Positions 9,587 to 18,275 are shown, numbered from the stretch's first letter. The stretch is DNA of 64,000 nt from a virus (IMGVR_UViG_2775507243_000004:19053-83052); one strand, 5' to 3'. Numbers and translations: made by a program. The notes: generated by a model not told the origin, from the letters alone.

Positions 9587-11490
9587 ATCCAAAATTCAAT
9601 TTGCAAGAATGGCTGGAAACCGCCACAGATAGCGAGTGCCGCGCCAAGGCTAAAGAATTTGCCGTCCGTTGCTCAAGTATCGAAGAGCCACTGGAGTTGC
9701 TAGAAATGGTGGTTTCGCGTGGCTGGATCGTACTACCCGAGCACGGCGTAAAACATCTTGACTACAAAAAAATGAAACCGGCCCAGCGCCGCTATGTGCT
9801 GGAGCTGGCCGCGCGAATCAAGTCAGATAAGTGGTGGAGTAAGCGCTTGCGTACGCTCGCCATCCGCGCCGCCGAAGCCCGCGCTTATTCCTACGGTATT
9901 GGCATGGGTAAGGATAAAGCGTATGTCAGCACTTGGAATTTAGAGCGGATGGTGATCCGCGCCCAGCAAGGCGCGGTGGCCATGGCCGAAGCGGTGGCTA
10001 TTTCGCCCGATGGTGAAGTCATCGATATGGCCGATGTGCTGGAAGGCAGTATGGCCAACGGCAAAAACAAGCGCACCGAGTTGATAGTTCGTACCAAGGG
10101 CATGGCCGAACGGGCTCAAGAACTAGGCTACCGCGCTTACGCCATTACCCTGACTGCGCCAGGCTGCTACCACCGCTGCACCAGCGTCGGCGAAAAGCCG
10201 CACTTAAAACTGATCCTCAATAAAAAATGGAATGGCTTTAGCCAGCAACAAACCGCCAGCTATTTGACTAAGTGCTGGGCGCAATGCCGTACCCAATTTA
10301 GCAAATCCGAAATTGATTTTATGGGGCTGCGCACTTTAGAGCCGCACAAAGACGGCACCCCGCACTGGCACTTAATCTTTTTTGTGAAGCCGCAAAACGC
10401 CAGCGAAGCTCTTAAGATCATCCGCGATAAATATCTACATGCCGAGAGTCAGGAGAAAAACGCCCAAAAAGTCCGCGTAAAGATCGACGCAATCAAGCCA
10501 CGCAAAGGCCAAGACATGGTTTACGCCGCCGTGGCCTATGCCATTGCCTACATCGCTAAAAATATCGATGGCTATAAAGTGGACGGCGATACCGAGGCGG
10601 GCATGAGTGCCATCAACGGCGCACAGCGTGCAACGGTCTGGGCACGTATTTTGGGCCGTCGTCAGTTCCAGATGTTTGGCACAGCGCCGGTCACGCCTTA
10701 CCGCGAATCCCGACGCGTGCGCAAAGACGCTGAAACCCTACTAGAAGAACTGATCGCGCAGGATAAAGAGCCGGCCATTGTCGAAGCCGCTAAGGGATTA
10801 ATCGACGGCAATCTAAAGCCCTGCATTACCGAAGCCATGAAGGCCATGAGATCAGGCCGTGCCGATGTACTCGCACCTCTCACCGCTTTACGCGATTTAC
10901 ACCTTGATGGCCAGATCGTTTGCCCTACCCGTATTTTGGGCAGCGCATGGGACGCCGCCGACAAGGGCGACTTTCGCGCCTATATGGTCGCCATGGAAAA
11001 CGACCCACTGGAGCTGGTAAAACGCGAACAAATCAACGGTTATGGCGAAGTGGTTGCAGTCATTTGCGGCGTAAAGAGCCAACGCGGCCAAGTGCTTACC
11101 CATAAGGAAGGCTGGAAAGTGCAGGGTGCCAAAGGCAAAGCGCGGCTGGGCAAAGCTTGCCACGCCCAAAAAGGCCCATTTAAGGGTGCATCACATATCG
11201 AATACAGCCCGCACGAAGTCGCAGAAATGAAACGCGCCCAAAAGCAGAAACAAGAGGCTGTGTTTTTAGGTGTGGCCTTTGCCGCTGAAGCGAAGCGCAA
11301 GCGTCGGGAGAGGGCGAAGCCTTCGACCCTAGGTCATGTGGCATTAACTGTTTCTTGCACTTTGGATCAGGCACTTAATGATAAAGGCATAAGAAGAGAA
11401 GAAGCCCCACCGGATCTAAGCGAGCGGGCCAGATTAAACGCCCAGAAGTACGGCGCTCAGGCTTATCTCGACGCCAAAAACAAAAATTAA
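9583..11490 (+). CDS. Rolling-circle replication endonuclease (P2 gpA-like)
   Basis: TLTAP..YH, EPHKDGTPHWH (HUH motif), YxxxY-IAKNIDG and RQFQMFG. Confidence 0.93.
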   Translation: MNPKFNLQEWLETATDSECRAKAKEFAVRCSSIEEPLELLEMVVSRGWIVLPEHGVKHLDYKKMKPAQRRYVLELAARIKSDKWWSKRLRTLAIRAAEARAYSYGIGMGKDKAYVSTWNLERMVIRAQQGAVAMAEAVAISPDGEVIDMADVLEGSMANGKNKRTELIVRTKGMAERAQELGYRAYAITLTAPGCYHRCTSVGEKPHLKLILNKKWNGFSQQQTASYLTKCWAQCRTQFSKSEIDFMGLRTLEPHKDGTPHWHLIFFVKPQNASEALKIIRDKYLHAESQEKNAQKVRVKIDAIKPRKGQDMVYAAVAYAIAYIAKNIDGYKVDGDTEAGMSAINGAQRATVWARILGRRQFQMFGTAPVTPYRESRRVRKDAETLLEELIAQDKEPAIVEAAKGLIDGNLKPCITEAMKAMRSGRADVLAPLTALRDLHLDGQIVCPTRILGSAWDAADKGDFRAYMVAMENDPLELVKREQINGYGEVVAVICGVKSQRGQVLTHKEGWKVQGAKGKARLGKACHAQKGPFKGASHIEYSPHEVAEMKRAQKQKQEAVFLGVAFAAEAKRKRRERAKPSTLGHVALTVSCTLDQALNDKGIRREEAPPDLSERARLNAQKYGAQAYLDAKNKN

Positions 11491-11571
11491 AGCACGACCA
11501 AGGCACTGCTACGCCTGCCGCATCTAACCCGACGTATGCAGCATTCATTGATCTAAATAGGAATCTGAACC

Positions 11572-11811
11572 ATGAGCGACAAGATAGACCAAGCCAGCGA
11601 TGTATCAGAGCTGATGCGCTGCAACGCCATAGCCGCCCACTTCGCCAGCGCAAAGCTAAACAAAGATAAAACCCCTCAGCCAAGCGGGGAATGCCGCTGG
11701 TGCAGCGCGGTCGCCGTCAATGATGCGGTGTTCTGCTGCGAGGAATGCGCCAAGGACTGGCAAGGGTATAACGCCACGAAGCAAAAAGCCCAGCGCATTG
11801 CAGGCAGATAA
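11572..11811 (+). CDS. DksA/TraR-like C4 zinc-finger protein
   Basis: MSDKIDQAS acidic N-terminus and CRWC...FCCEEC. Confidence 0.75.
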   Translation: MSDKIDQASDVSELMRCNAIAAHFASAKLNKDKTPQPSGECRWCSAVAVNDAVFCCEECAKDWQGYNATKQKAQRIAGR

Positions 11812-11985
11812 ATGGAAATAAAGCGGATATCCGAACTCACCGAGAGCGGCCACTACTGGTGGCGGGCTCACCCAAAGCAGGACTGGCAAGTTTTATATAT
11901 CGCCAACCCCGAAAGATTAACTTATGGCATGGCGAGCTTTGAATTCGTTGGACCAATACAGGAGCCAAAACATGAGCAGCATTAG
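11812..11985 (+). CDS. Small hypothetical protein (57 aa, MEIKRISELTESGHYWW...)
   Basis: Not in ORF track; starts immediately after upstream stop and overlaps xis. Confidence 0.6.
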   Translation: MEIKRISELTESGHYWWRAHPKQDWQVLYIANPERLTYGMASFEFVGPIQEPKHEQH

Positions 11986-12202
11986 AATTAATAAAGAAGA
12001 ACTCATCGAGCTAACAGGGAAGCAGCAAACATCAGCACAAGTAAAATGGTTTAAACAGCATTTAAATATCAATATTGCTTGTGATGCGAAAGGGCCAATC
12101 CTTAATCATGCAATTTACAGTGAACTATTAAAAAAACAATATGGCCTGATACCTGAAGCCCCCAATGCTGTTAAACGCCCACAAGTAATATTGAGAAACT
12201 AA
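11972..12202 (+). CDS. Putative excisionase (DUF4224-like)
   Basis: EELIELTGK...AQVKWF...GP pattern; GGAG RBS; coupled to integrase. Confidence 0.75.
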   Translation: MSSIRINKEELIELTGKQQTSAQVKWFKQHLNINIACDAKGPILNHAIYSELLKKQYGLIPEAPNAVKRPQVILRN

Positions 12203-13344
12203 TGACTCGAAAACGTGAGAAAAATAAGGGACTAACCAATAGCAGGATTTATATTAAAAATAATCGCTATTATTTTTTCTCTGCCAATTACACAATTAGC
12301 CCAATTGATGGGAAGGCAAGGCAGTGGCATAGCCTTTGCCTAGTTTCAGATGGTGAATTAAATGCAAGGCTTGCCGCGCAAAAAATAATTAGCCATAACA
12401 CTCAAACAGATGAAGAAGGCAACTTTCCTACCCACTTTAAAAACTATGCATCTTATGTCTTTAAAAAGCGAGCGAAAGAAGCCCCAAAAGATCTACCACG
12501 CTTGCTGATGCACGAAACAGCCAATAAGAATTTAAATGGTATATTTGAAACGATTGAAACCGCATTTCGCCAATTTAATATTGTTGATGTACTTCCTGTT
12601 GATATCGCCTCTTTTGTTGACCAGTGGGAAGGTAAAAGAATGGCGCAGGTGTATCAATCGAGGTTATCTGATTTTTTTAAATGGGCGTGTCGGAGAGGAT
12701 ACAGAGCAGAAAACCCATGCAGAGAAATATCCGTCGCCAAGCCGAAGAAACGAAGCCGCTATATCACCGACGATGAATTTAACGAGGTAAAAGAAGCGCT
12801 ATTGATGGGGCTAGATGGCCAGCCAACACGAAGTGGCAAAATGGTCAGTTGCTACGTGGATCTTTGTTTCTTGCTGTACCAGCGAACAACAGAAATAAGA
12901 TTGCTGCGCTGGGATCAAATCACATCCGAAGGAATTTTATTTACGCCGACCAAAACAGAAAAAAGCAGCGGTGCAAAAGTACAAGTTCCAATGACCCAAG
13001 CAGTACAGGATGTTTTAAGTAGAGCAAGACAAGCGTATCCAGAGCGCGAGATCAAATCAGAGTATGTAATCCACACTCATGATTTAAAGCCTTACACGAC
13101 TACAGGAATAGGCTCAGCGTGGAAACGTGCAGCGCAACGAGCAGGTGTTAGCAATGCAACGCTAAAAGACTTACGAGCAAAGGCAATGACCGATGCAAAG
13201 CGGGATGGCTATACAGTGAAGCAAATCAGTGTTGGCGGTGCGCATACTGATGAAGAAATGACCGAGAGCTACATCAAGCTCAGGGAAACACCAGTCAGCG
13301 AGGTAGTTCTCAAGCTACCAGTAAAAAAACAGCCCGAAAAATAG
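12202..13344 (+). CDS. int: Tyrosine recombinase / phage integrase
   Basis: QRTTEI (R), KT, KDLRAK, GAH and TESYI catalytic residues; next to att. Confidence 0.93.
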   Translation: MTRKREKNKGLTNSRIYIKNNRYYFFSANYTISPIDGKARQWHSLCLVSDGELNARLAAQKIISHNTQTDEEGNFPTHFKNYASYVFKKRAKEAPKDLPRLLMHETANKNLNGIFETIETAFRQFNIVDVLPVDIASFVDQWEGKRMAQVYQSRLSDFFKWACRRGYRAENPCREISVAKPKKRSRYITDDEFNEVKEALLMGLDGQPTRSGKMVSCYVDLCFLLYQRTTEIRLLRWDQITSEGILFTPTKTEKSSGAKVQVPMTQAVQDVLSRARQAYPEREIKSEYVIHTHDLKPYTTTGIGSAWKRAAQRAGVSNATLKDLRAKAMTDAKRDGYTVKQISVGGAHTDEEMTESYIKLRETPVSEVVLKLPVKKQPEK

Positions 13345-13390
13345 CCCGTAAGAATGCCGTTTTCTCTGCTTTTTTCCTCGCTTTGCGGGA

Positions 13391-13416
13391 TTATATTAGA
13401 ACATCTTCTAATATAA
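13391..13416. repeat. Perfect 11-bp inverted repeat TTATATTAGAA-N4-TTCTAATATAA (possible integrase arm site)
   Basis: Seen directly between integrase stop and att core. Confidence 0.55.
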
Positions 13417-13421
13417 CGGGC

Positions 13422-13459
13422 AAAACAAAAGGGCTAGCTTTCGCTAACCCTTTGTTTTT
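13422..13459 (-). terminator. Terminator downstream of tRNA-Pro 3' end (also usable by int)
   Basis: AAACAAAAGGGCTAGC-TTTC-GCTAACCCTTTGTTTT hairpin. Confidence 0.7.
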
Positions 13460-13461
13460 AT

Positions 13462-13506
13462 TGGTCGGAATGAGAGGATTCGAACCTCCGACCCCTTGCA
13501 CCCCAT
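13462..13506 (-). other. att core: 3' fragment of tRNA-Pro(GGG), anticodon loop to CCA
   Basis: Minus strand reads ATGGGGTGCAAGGGGTCGGAGGTTCGAATCCTCTCATTCCGACCA; D-arm and 5' acceptor strand are absent. Confidence 0.9.
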
Positions 13507-13613
13507 ACTTACAGATCACCACACAACCGCTTTAAAAACAATAAGTTACATCTTTACACTGCACAGACAAACCACCTAAAAGCCCTTGCAGAACACGATA
13601 ACAAGAAGGCTCC

Positions 13614-13682
13614 CGTACATTTTTCGTACATGAGAATATCCCAACAATCCCATCACGTTCAACTTTAAATATCAACTGATTA
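13614..13682 (+). promoter_or_regulatory. att arm: CGTACAT direct repeats (13614, 13625) and IHF consensus site (13670-13682)
   Basis: TATCAACTGATTA matches WATCAANNNNTTR exactly; tandem 7-mers are typical of integrase arm sites. Confidence 0.55.
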
Positions 13683-13897
13683 GCAAAAAAAAAACGGCTC
13701 TGCTGATTGAATAATGAGCAAAGCAAACAGTCTGAATTAACATCTGTAACAAGATCAATAAAAATTAAAGCAGTACCATAAAATAAGTAGAAAATGACCT
13801 GTGCTTGCTAACCGTTATATTTTTCAAACGAAACAATCAAATTAAGACAGCCACAGTATTGTGGTAAAAATATATAAAAAGCACGATCAGTAATACA

Positions 13898-15262
13898 TTA
13901 CTCTAAAATATTACCAAATATAATGCGAAGACTTTCATCTGATACGTCACGAGCATTTATTTTTTCTGCTGGTAACTCTAAAACATCTCTAATCTCTTGT
14001 AGTCTATTTTTCATTCGATCACCGACTGGAGAACGAATCAGCAATGGATCAACACATCCTAAGACTAACTCAAGAACTATATGCACAAGTACACTCTCAG
14101 ATGCTAATTCATCCAATTCAATACGAACACCACTAGGCAAATTTTTACCTAAAATTTCCAACAAGTATGGGCGAACATTATTAGCAATTTTTTTCAATTG
14201 ACCTAATAAATTTTCACCAATCACATCATCATCTAAAATCCAATTTTGAATGGCAATATGTGTTGGTAAATTGGAATTATTTCGTAATGTATTATTATTC
14301 ACAACAGGTTCCTTAGGAGAATTACAACTCTCAATCCAATTATCAATAGTAAAATCTAAAAAATTATTATTTTCAACCTCTTCATGGGAATAATTAGTCC
14401 TACAAAGTGTTTCATTTTTATACATTGAATATTTCTTCAATGCACGTAGCAATATAGGTGATTGAACGGCATCAAAATCAACTTTTGACAACGCTAATGT
14501 ATCTAAAAGCAATGAACTTGCCTCTAATGGTTTGATATTCTTTTCAATTAATTCAATTGATGCATATGAATTTTCACTAACAACTTTTGCAGCTTTTTCA
14601 AAATTTGTTTCATATAAATGCATGCATGTACTAATATGTCGTTGTATGCCTGGTTGTACCCCAAGCTCATTCGCGATGAATTGCTGTACCCCCCAGAAAG
14701 CAAACCAATTATATGGAACCCCAAGCCACAAATCATTTGAACGATTAATAACTGTCATCGACAATCGATTTTCATCCATACGAAGCATTACTTGTGTATT
14801 ACAAGGAATATCTCGTGATGAACTACTAATATCTTTCGCCGAATACATAGAAAGAACTACACGCCGACTAAAAGGTAGTTTCCTCAAATGTTCGATTGCA
14901 TCTTTAATTTGGTCAACGCCAAAATAACTCCTTAAACGAACCCCATAAGCACCATTCAGGGTTTCACCATCATCAGAGTATTGATCATAAGAAGGAAGAA
15001 TTTCTTGCAATGGAGCAAGCTTATTACTTCCAGTAAGTAACCATGCAGTTTCGACAAGTGCAAAAACAGGATTAATTGTCCTCCCTTGAAGAAAACAAAG
15101 TCGCTCACCTTGGTCGAGCTCAACACAAACATGACCTAGTTCAATACATGGACCAACCCTAGATTCAACCTTTGGAAGGTTGTTTTGAGTCGCAATATTT
15201 AAAAGCTGTAAATATGCCGCATTAGGAGAGAGTCCTCTTACTAAGATCACGGTAGTCTCCAC
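13898..15262 (-). CDS. Thymidylate synthase-fold enzyme (phage dUMP hydroxymethylase-like) with C-terminal extension
   Basis: INPVFALVETAWLLTG, YSDDG...GAYG.R, SRRVV, DIPC (catalytic Cys), RSNDLWLGVPYN and HLYE motifs. Confidence 0.85.
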   Translation of the reverse strand: METTVILVRGLSPNAAYLQLLNIATQNNLPKVESRVGPCIELGHVCVELDQGERLCFLQGRTINPVFALVETAWLLTGSNKLAPLQEILPSYDQYSDDGETLNGAYGVRLRSYFGVDQIKDAIEHLRKLPFSRRVVLSMYSAKDISSSSRDIPCNTQVMLRMDENRLSMTVINRSNDLWLGVPYNWFAFWGVQQFIANELGVQPGIQRHISTCMHLYETNFEKAAKVVSENSYASIELIEKNIKPLEASSLLLDTLALSKVDFDAVQSPILLRALKKYSMYKNETLCRTNYSHEEVENNNFLDFTIDNWIESCNSPKEPVVNNNTLRNNSNLPTHIAIQNWILDDDVIGENLLGQLKKIANNVRPYLLEILGKNLPSGVRIELDELASESVLVHIVLELVLGCVDPLLIRSPVGDRMKNRLQEIRDVLELPAEKINARDVSDESLRIIFGNILE

Positions 15263-15603
15263 TTAGAAAACTTATCACTGTTTTTTTTCATCTTTTCAAG
15301 ATAATTTGACTCAAGATCAATTCCTGTCTGGCCAGAAATTTTAACTAAATAAATAAATACATCAGTCAATTCTTCACTTAATAATGGCTTAGCAGTTTCG
15401 TAATCTAAATCACCACGTACTACTTTTTTTAAAATATTTGCATACTCTCCAATTTCACCGAGCATGCAAACAACTAAGTGCTCTAAATCCTGCACATTAG
15501 ATGATGTAATAGGCACATAAAATGGAACATTGCCTTGATGCTGCTTATCAAACTCTTTTTGAAGCTCAATTATTTTCTCTAAATCCATGTCACACCTATG
15601 CAT
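15247..15603 (-). CDS. MazG-like all-alpha NTP pyrophosphohydrolase
   Basis: GEIGEYAN..KK and EELTDVFIYL...GIDLE acidic motifs. Confidence 0.85.
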   Translation of the reverse strand: MHRCDMDLEKIIELQKEFDKQHQGNVPFYVPITSSNVQDLEHLVVCMLGEIGEYANILKKVVRGDLDYETAKPLLSEELTDVFIYLVKISGQTGIDLESNYLEKMKKNSDKFSKWRLP

Positions 15604-16492
15604 TTAAATTAGAGATTAAATTATCGATACTTTTTTGGTAAATTAATGTCGCATCAGCAATTGCCGTTCCATGAGATCTTTTTTTCCTTAATTGTTCTAA
15701 ATCACGAGCAGCTTCAATTGCGCCCTCCAACCTTTCAAGAGTCAATTGAGAGGTCAATTTTGGATCTAGTTCAGTCCCTTTTAACCCTGCCTCTAAAGCT
15801 TCTTTCAAGCTAAGCAGTGGAGCGGCAGAAACAACCGTTACAGACTCTTTAAGTTCATTAAGCATCTTACTTAAAATACTTAATGGGTTAACCTCATTTG
15901 TAAAATATCGAAGTAAGCTTAGGCTGCTTAAAGTTTCTAGACGTGGACGCACCAGAGAAGAAGAACTACTGTTGTAATATGCACGGAAAGCAAAAATAGT
16001 TAACTTTACTATTTTTAGATGAGGAATCCCCGCATAAATGTCAGCTAATGTTTGACGAATTTCTTCTAAATTAACTTTCAAAAAATTACAAACTTCTAAC
16101 GATCTAAAATAACAAGTACAATATAATACATCGTCTTCAATTTGACATTGTAAAATCATAAATGAAGGGATTGGTTTATCATCTTTACCAAGTTCAACAA
16201 TCTGCTCTTGTGAAATCAAAGAATAAAGAGCTCGATTACTTGATGAGTTTCTTTTTAGATCCTCAATAATATATTCTACCCCATCACCATAATATTGAGC
16301 ATGAGTGAAATACAAATCTGGAGGACACTTTTTAGAACGCCACTTTGCTGCAACGTTCTCAACATCTAGCATCACGAATCCAGCAAGAGCTGCTGTTTTA
16401 CACTCAAAGTTCAAAATCCAATTAAATTTCGCCCCGTGTTCCAATTGAACTTTGGCTTGCGCATGTAAGTCATACAAGCTAATTTCACTCAT
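15596..16492 (-). CDS. Degenerate thymidylate synthase-fold protein
   Basis: SNRALYSL, PIPSF (PC replaced by PS), LYCTCYFRSLEV....VN, in register with TS motifs. Confidence 0.6.
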   Translation of the reverse strand: MSEISLYDLHAQAKVQLEHGAKFNWILNFECKTAALAGFVMLDVENVAAKWRSKKCPPDLYFTHAQYYGDGVEYIIEDLKRNSSSNRALYSLISQEQIVELGKDDKPIPSFMILQCQIEDDVLYCTCYFRSLEVCNFLKVNLEEIRQTLADIYAGIPHLKIVKLTIFAFRAYYNSSSSSLVRPRLETLSSLSLLRYFTNEVNPLSILSKMLNELKESVTVVSAAPLLSLKEALEAGLKGTELDPKLTSQLTLERLEGAIEAARDLEQLRKKRSHGTAIADATLIYQKSIDNLISNLNA

Positions 16493-17108
16493 ACAATAGC
16501 TTTAATTGCTGCATTACTATTTTATGAATATAATTAGGGTCAAGAGTCGCATCCAAAATTAATTTCTTTCCTTTATATTCAGACATTACTCTCTCATAAT
16601 TCTCAGAAACTATTTTTAATTTATCAGCTTTCTCATAGCTATCAAGAATTGGACGATTACCTAAACGTCGTACAGACTCGTCTACTGGATTACGCAAATA
16701 CACAACCAGATCAGGATCTGGAAAGTCTTTATTCAGACGCTGTACAAGTTCCCAGTCAGAATCCTGAGTACAATGATATGCAAAAGATGAAAAATAATAG
16801 CGGGTACTAATCACTGAAAAGCCACGACTCATCATCTGAGTGACACCATCAGTGTCATTATATAAATGATCAAATCTGTCGGCAGAAAACAAATATGCCA
16901 TTTGATGATCAAAATGTTGAGCATTTTCTTGGAACTTCACACGCCCTTTAAATGCTTGCCGAATCATATTCCCAACAGGACCAGATGATGGCTCACTCGT
17001 CAGCATCACCTTATACCCTGAGGTCAAATAGGCTTTTTCAAGCATTGACGCTTGTGTGGATGTACCAGAACCATCCAAACCTTCAAAAACAATAAATTGT
17101 GGCTTCAA
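16485..17108 (-). CDS. dTMP kinase-like protein
   Basis: FIVFEGLDGSGTSTQ P-loop, TSEPS.GP, LFSADR..H, RY..SS.AY and PDLVVYL; TTG start with AGGTG RBS. Confidence 0.88.
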   Translation of the reverse strand: MKPQFIVFEGLDGSGTSTQASMLEKAYLTSGYKVMLTSEPSSGPVGNMIRQAFKGRVKFQENAQHFDHQMAYLFSADRFDHLYNDTDGVTQMMSRGFSVISTRYYFSSFAYHCTQDSDWELVQRLNKDFPDPDLVVYLRNPVDESVRRLGNRPILDSYEKADKLKIVSENYERVMSEYKGKKLILDATLDPNYIHKIVMQQLKLLYE

Positions 17109-17126
17109 TCTAATTACACCTAAACG

Positions 17127-17948
17127 TTATTTAATATCAACCAGACCCGTACTAGAATCTAGCGTTAAACCATAATATTTAATTTCTTTAATTTCCTGAT
17201 CATCGCAATTATAAATAGCCACGCTATTTATATACCCTGGTGTTAAATAACTCATGGATCCAACACCAGATATTTTCATCCCCCGAGCTCCGAGGCGACA
17301 ACTTAATCGAGCATGCTGATGTCCATGCAACAGGGCAGAAAATCCATAGTCATCCAACAAAGAAAGCACACTGTAAGCATTTCTTGTTGTAGAACTATCC
17401 TCATCTTCAACCGGAATAAAATGATGGTGAGCAATGGCAATTCTAAACCGATGAGAAGTCTTTTCAGGGCAATGTTCTTCAAGCAACGCTTTCACTTTCA
17501 CTAGATCAACTTTACCCATTTTGTGATCTAAATGATATGAAGTATTCATCAACAAAAAATCTACGTCATCACTCTTAATGAAGCATGCACCGCTATTATT
17601 AAACCGACACTGAGTATCATTTCGAATGCCAGCACTCCACGCATCAAAAAGCGAAAATCCAAGCCTCCCTCCACTTTTAATAAGATCATGATTTCCAGGA
17701 CAAACAAGAACATTTCTGAGATTAAAACCATTTTTAATTATGGCAGACCTAATGATTTCTTGCGCCTCAGCATACCCATCAGGACTACCCTTGAAAGTTA
17801 CATCACCTGAGATAACGAGAAACGACCCAATTTTGTTCTCAACAACGCCTAAAAGTGAATCTAAAGCAATCTTGATGTCACTACTTTTCTGATGAGCGAG
17901 AGGATTTCCAAAATGGAGATCGGAAATGTGTACAATATCAAACTTCAT
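17127..17948 (-). CDS. Calcineurin-like metallophosphoesterase
   Basis: All five motifs present: SDLH, SGD, PGNHD, HHH, HGHQH. Confidence 0.92.
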   Translation of the reverse strand: MKFDIVHISDLHFGNPLAHQKSSDIKIALDSLLGVVENKIGSFLVISGDVTFKGSPDGYAEAQEIIRSAIIKNGFNLRNVLVCPGNHDLIKSGGRLGFSLFDAWSAGIRNDTQCRFNNSGACFIKSDDVDFLLMNTSYHLDHKMGKVDLVKVKALLEEHCPEKTSHRFRIAIAHHHFIPVEDEDSSTTRNAYSVLSLLDDYGFSALLHGHQHARLSCRLGARGMKISGVGSMSYLTPGYINSVAIYNCDDQEIKEIKYYGLTLDSSTGLVDIK

Positions 17949-18123
17949 TATGCCAACATGAGTGTAATAGTAAGCAGCAGTATACCTAGCCTAGAATTAT
18001 TAGGGAGGTGCAACAGACAAGAAGTAAGTACTAAATCAATTATTAACACCTCACAATGCAAACCATTACTTACTTTGCATACCTTGATTTTTATTACTTC
18101 ACGTATCACCCACTATACTTCTC

Positions 18124-18275
18124 CCTAAAATAGCCAGCCCAGCGTCCCGCCTTCCCGTTGGTAATCACGAGTTTCTTGCAACTAACAATTGATGCTAACT
18201 CCCCCCGACCCAAGCAATTGTGGATAACGCCGGCCATGGCCAAGCCTTGATCAAACTCGAAAAGTACACCGTCCC
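18124..18275 (-). pseudogene. Degraded, internally deleted remnant of a dam-like methyltransferase 3' end
   Basis: 18231-18272 nearly matches 19916-19957 of the intact dam-like gene; 18124-18180 matches its last codons (LVITN...LF*). Confidence 0.7.

Larger units (their letters stand above)
1..13506 (+). mobile_element. P2-like prophage 1 (right part: tail, immunity, replication, integrase); continues left of window
   Basis: P2 gene order FI-FII-E/E'-T-U-D, C-like repressor, Ogr, gpA endonuclease, DUF4224-like xis and tyrosine integrase ending next to a tRNA-Pro fragment. Confidence 0.93.

Noticed and set aside
13462-13540. Intact tRNA-Pro gene
   Set aside because: Only the anticodon loop to CCA is present; sequence beyond 13506 cannot form the 5' anticodon stem, D-arm or acceptor stem
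13532-13726. 64-aa ORF on minus strand
   Set aside because: Overlaps att arm and IHF sites, has no recognisable motif and no clear RBS
13898-17108. Housekeeping thyA/tmk genes
   Set aside because: AT-rich, inside a mobile element, divergent motifs and an unusual operon context, so gene symbols were not assigned
13898-17948. Genome hypermodification cassette for prophage 2 itself
   Set aside because: No phage DNA polymerase, DNA-level transferase or kinase is seen, and the operon lies far from replication genes with foreign composition; not fully excluded
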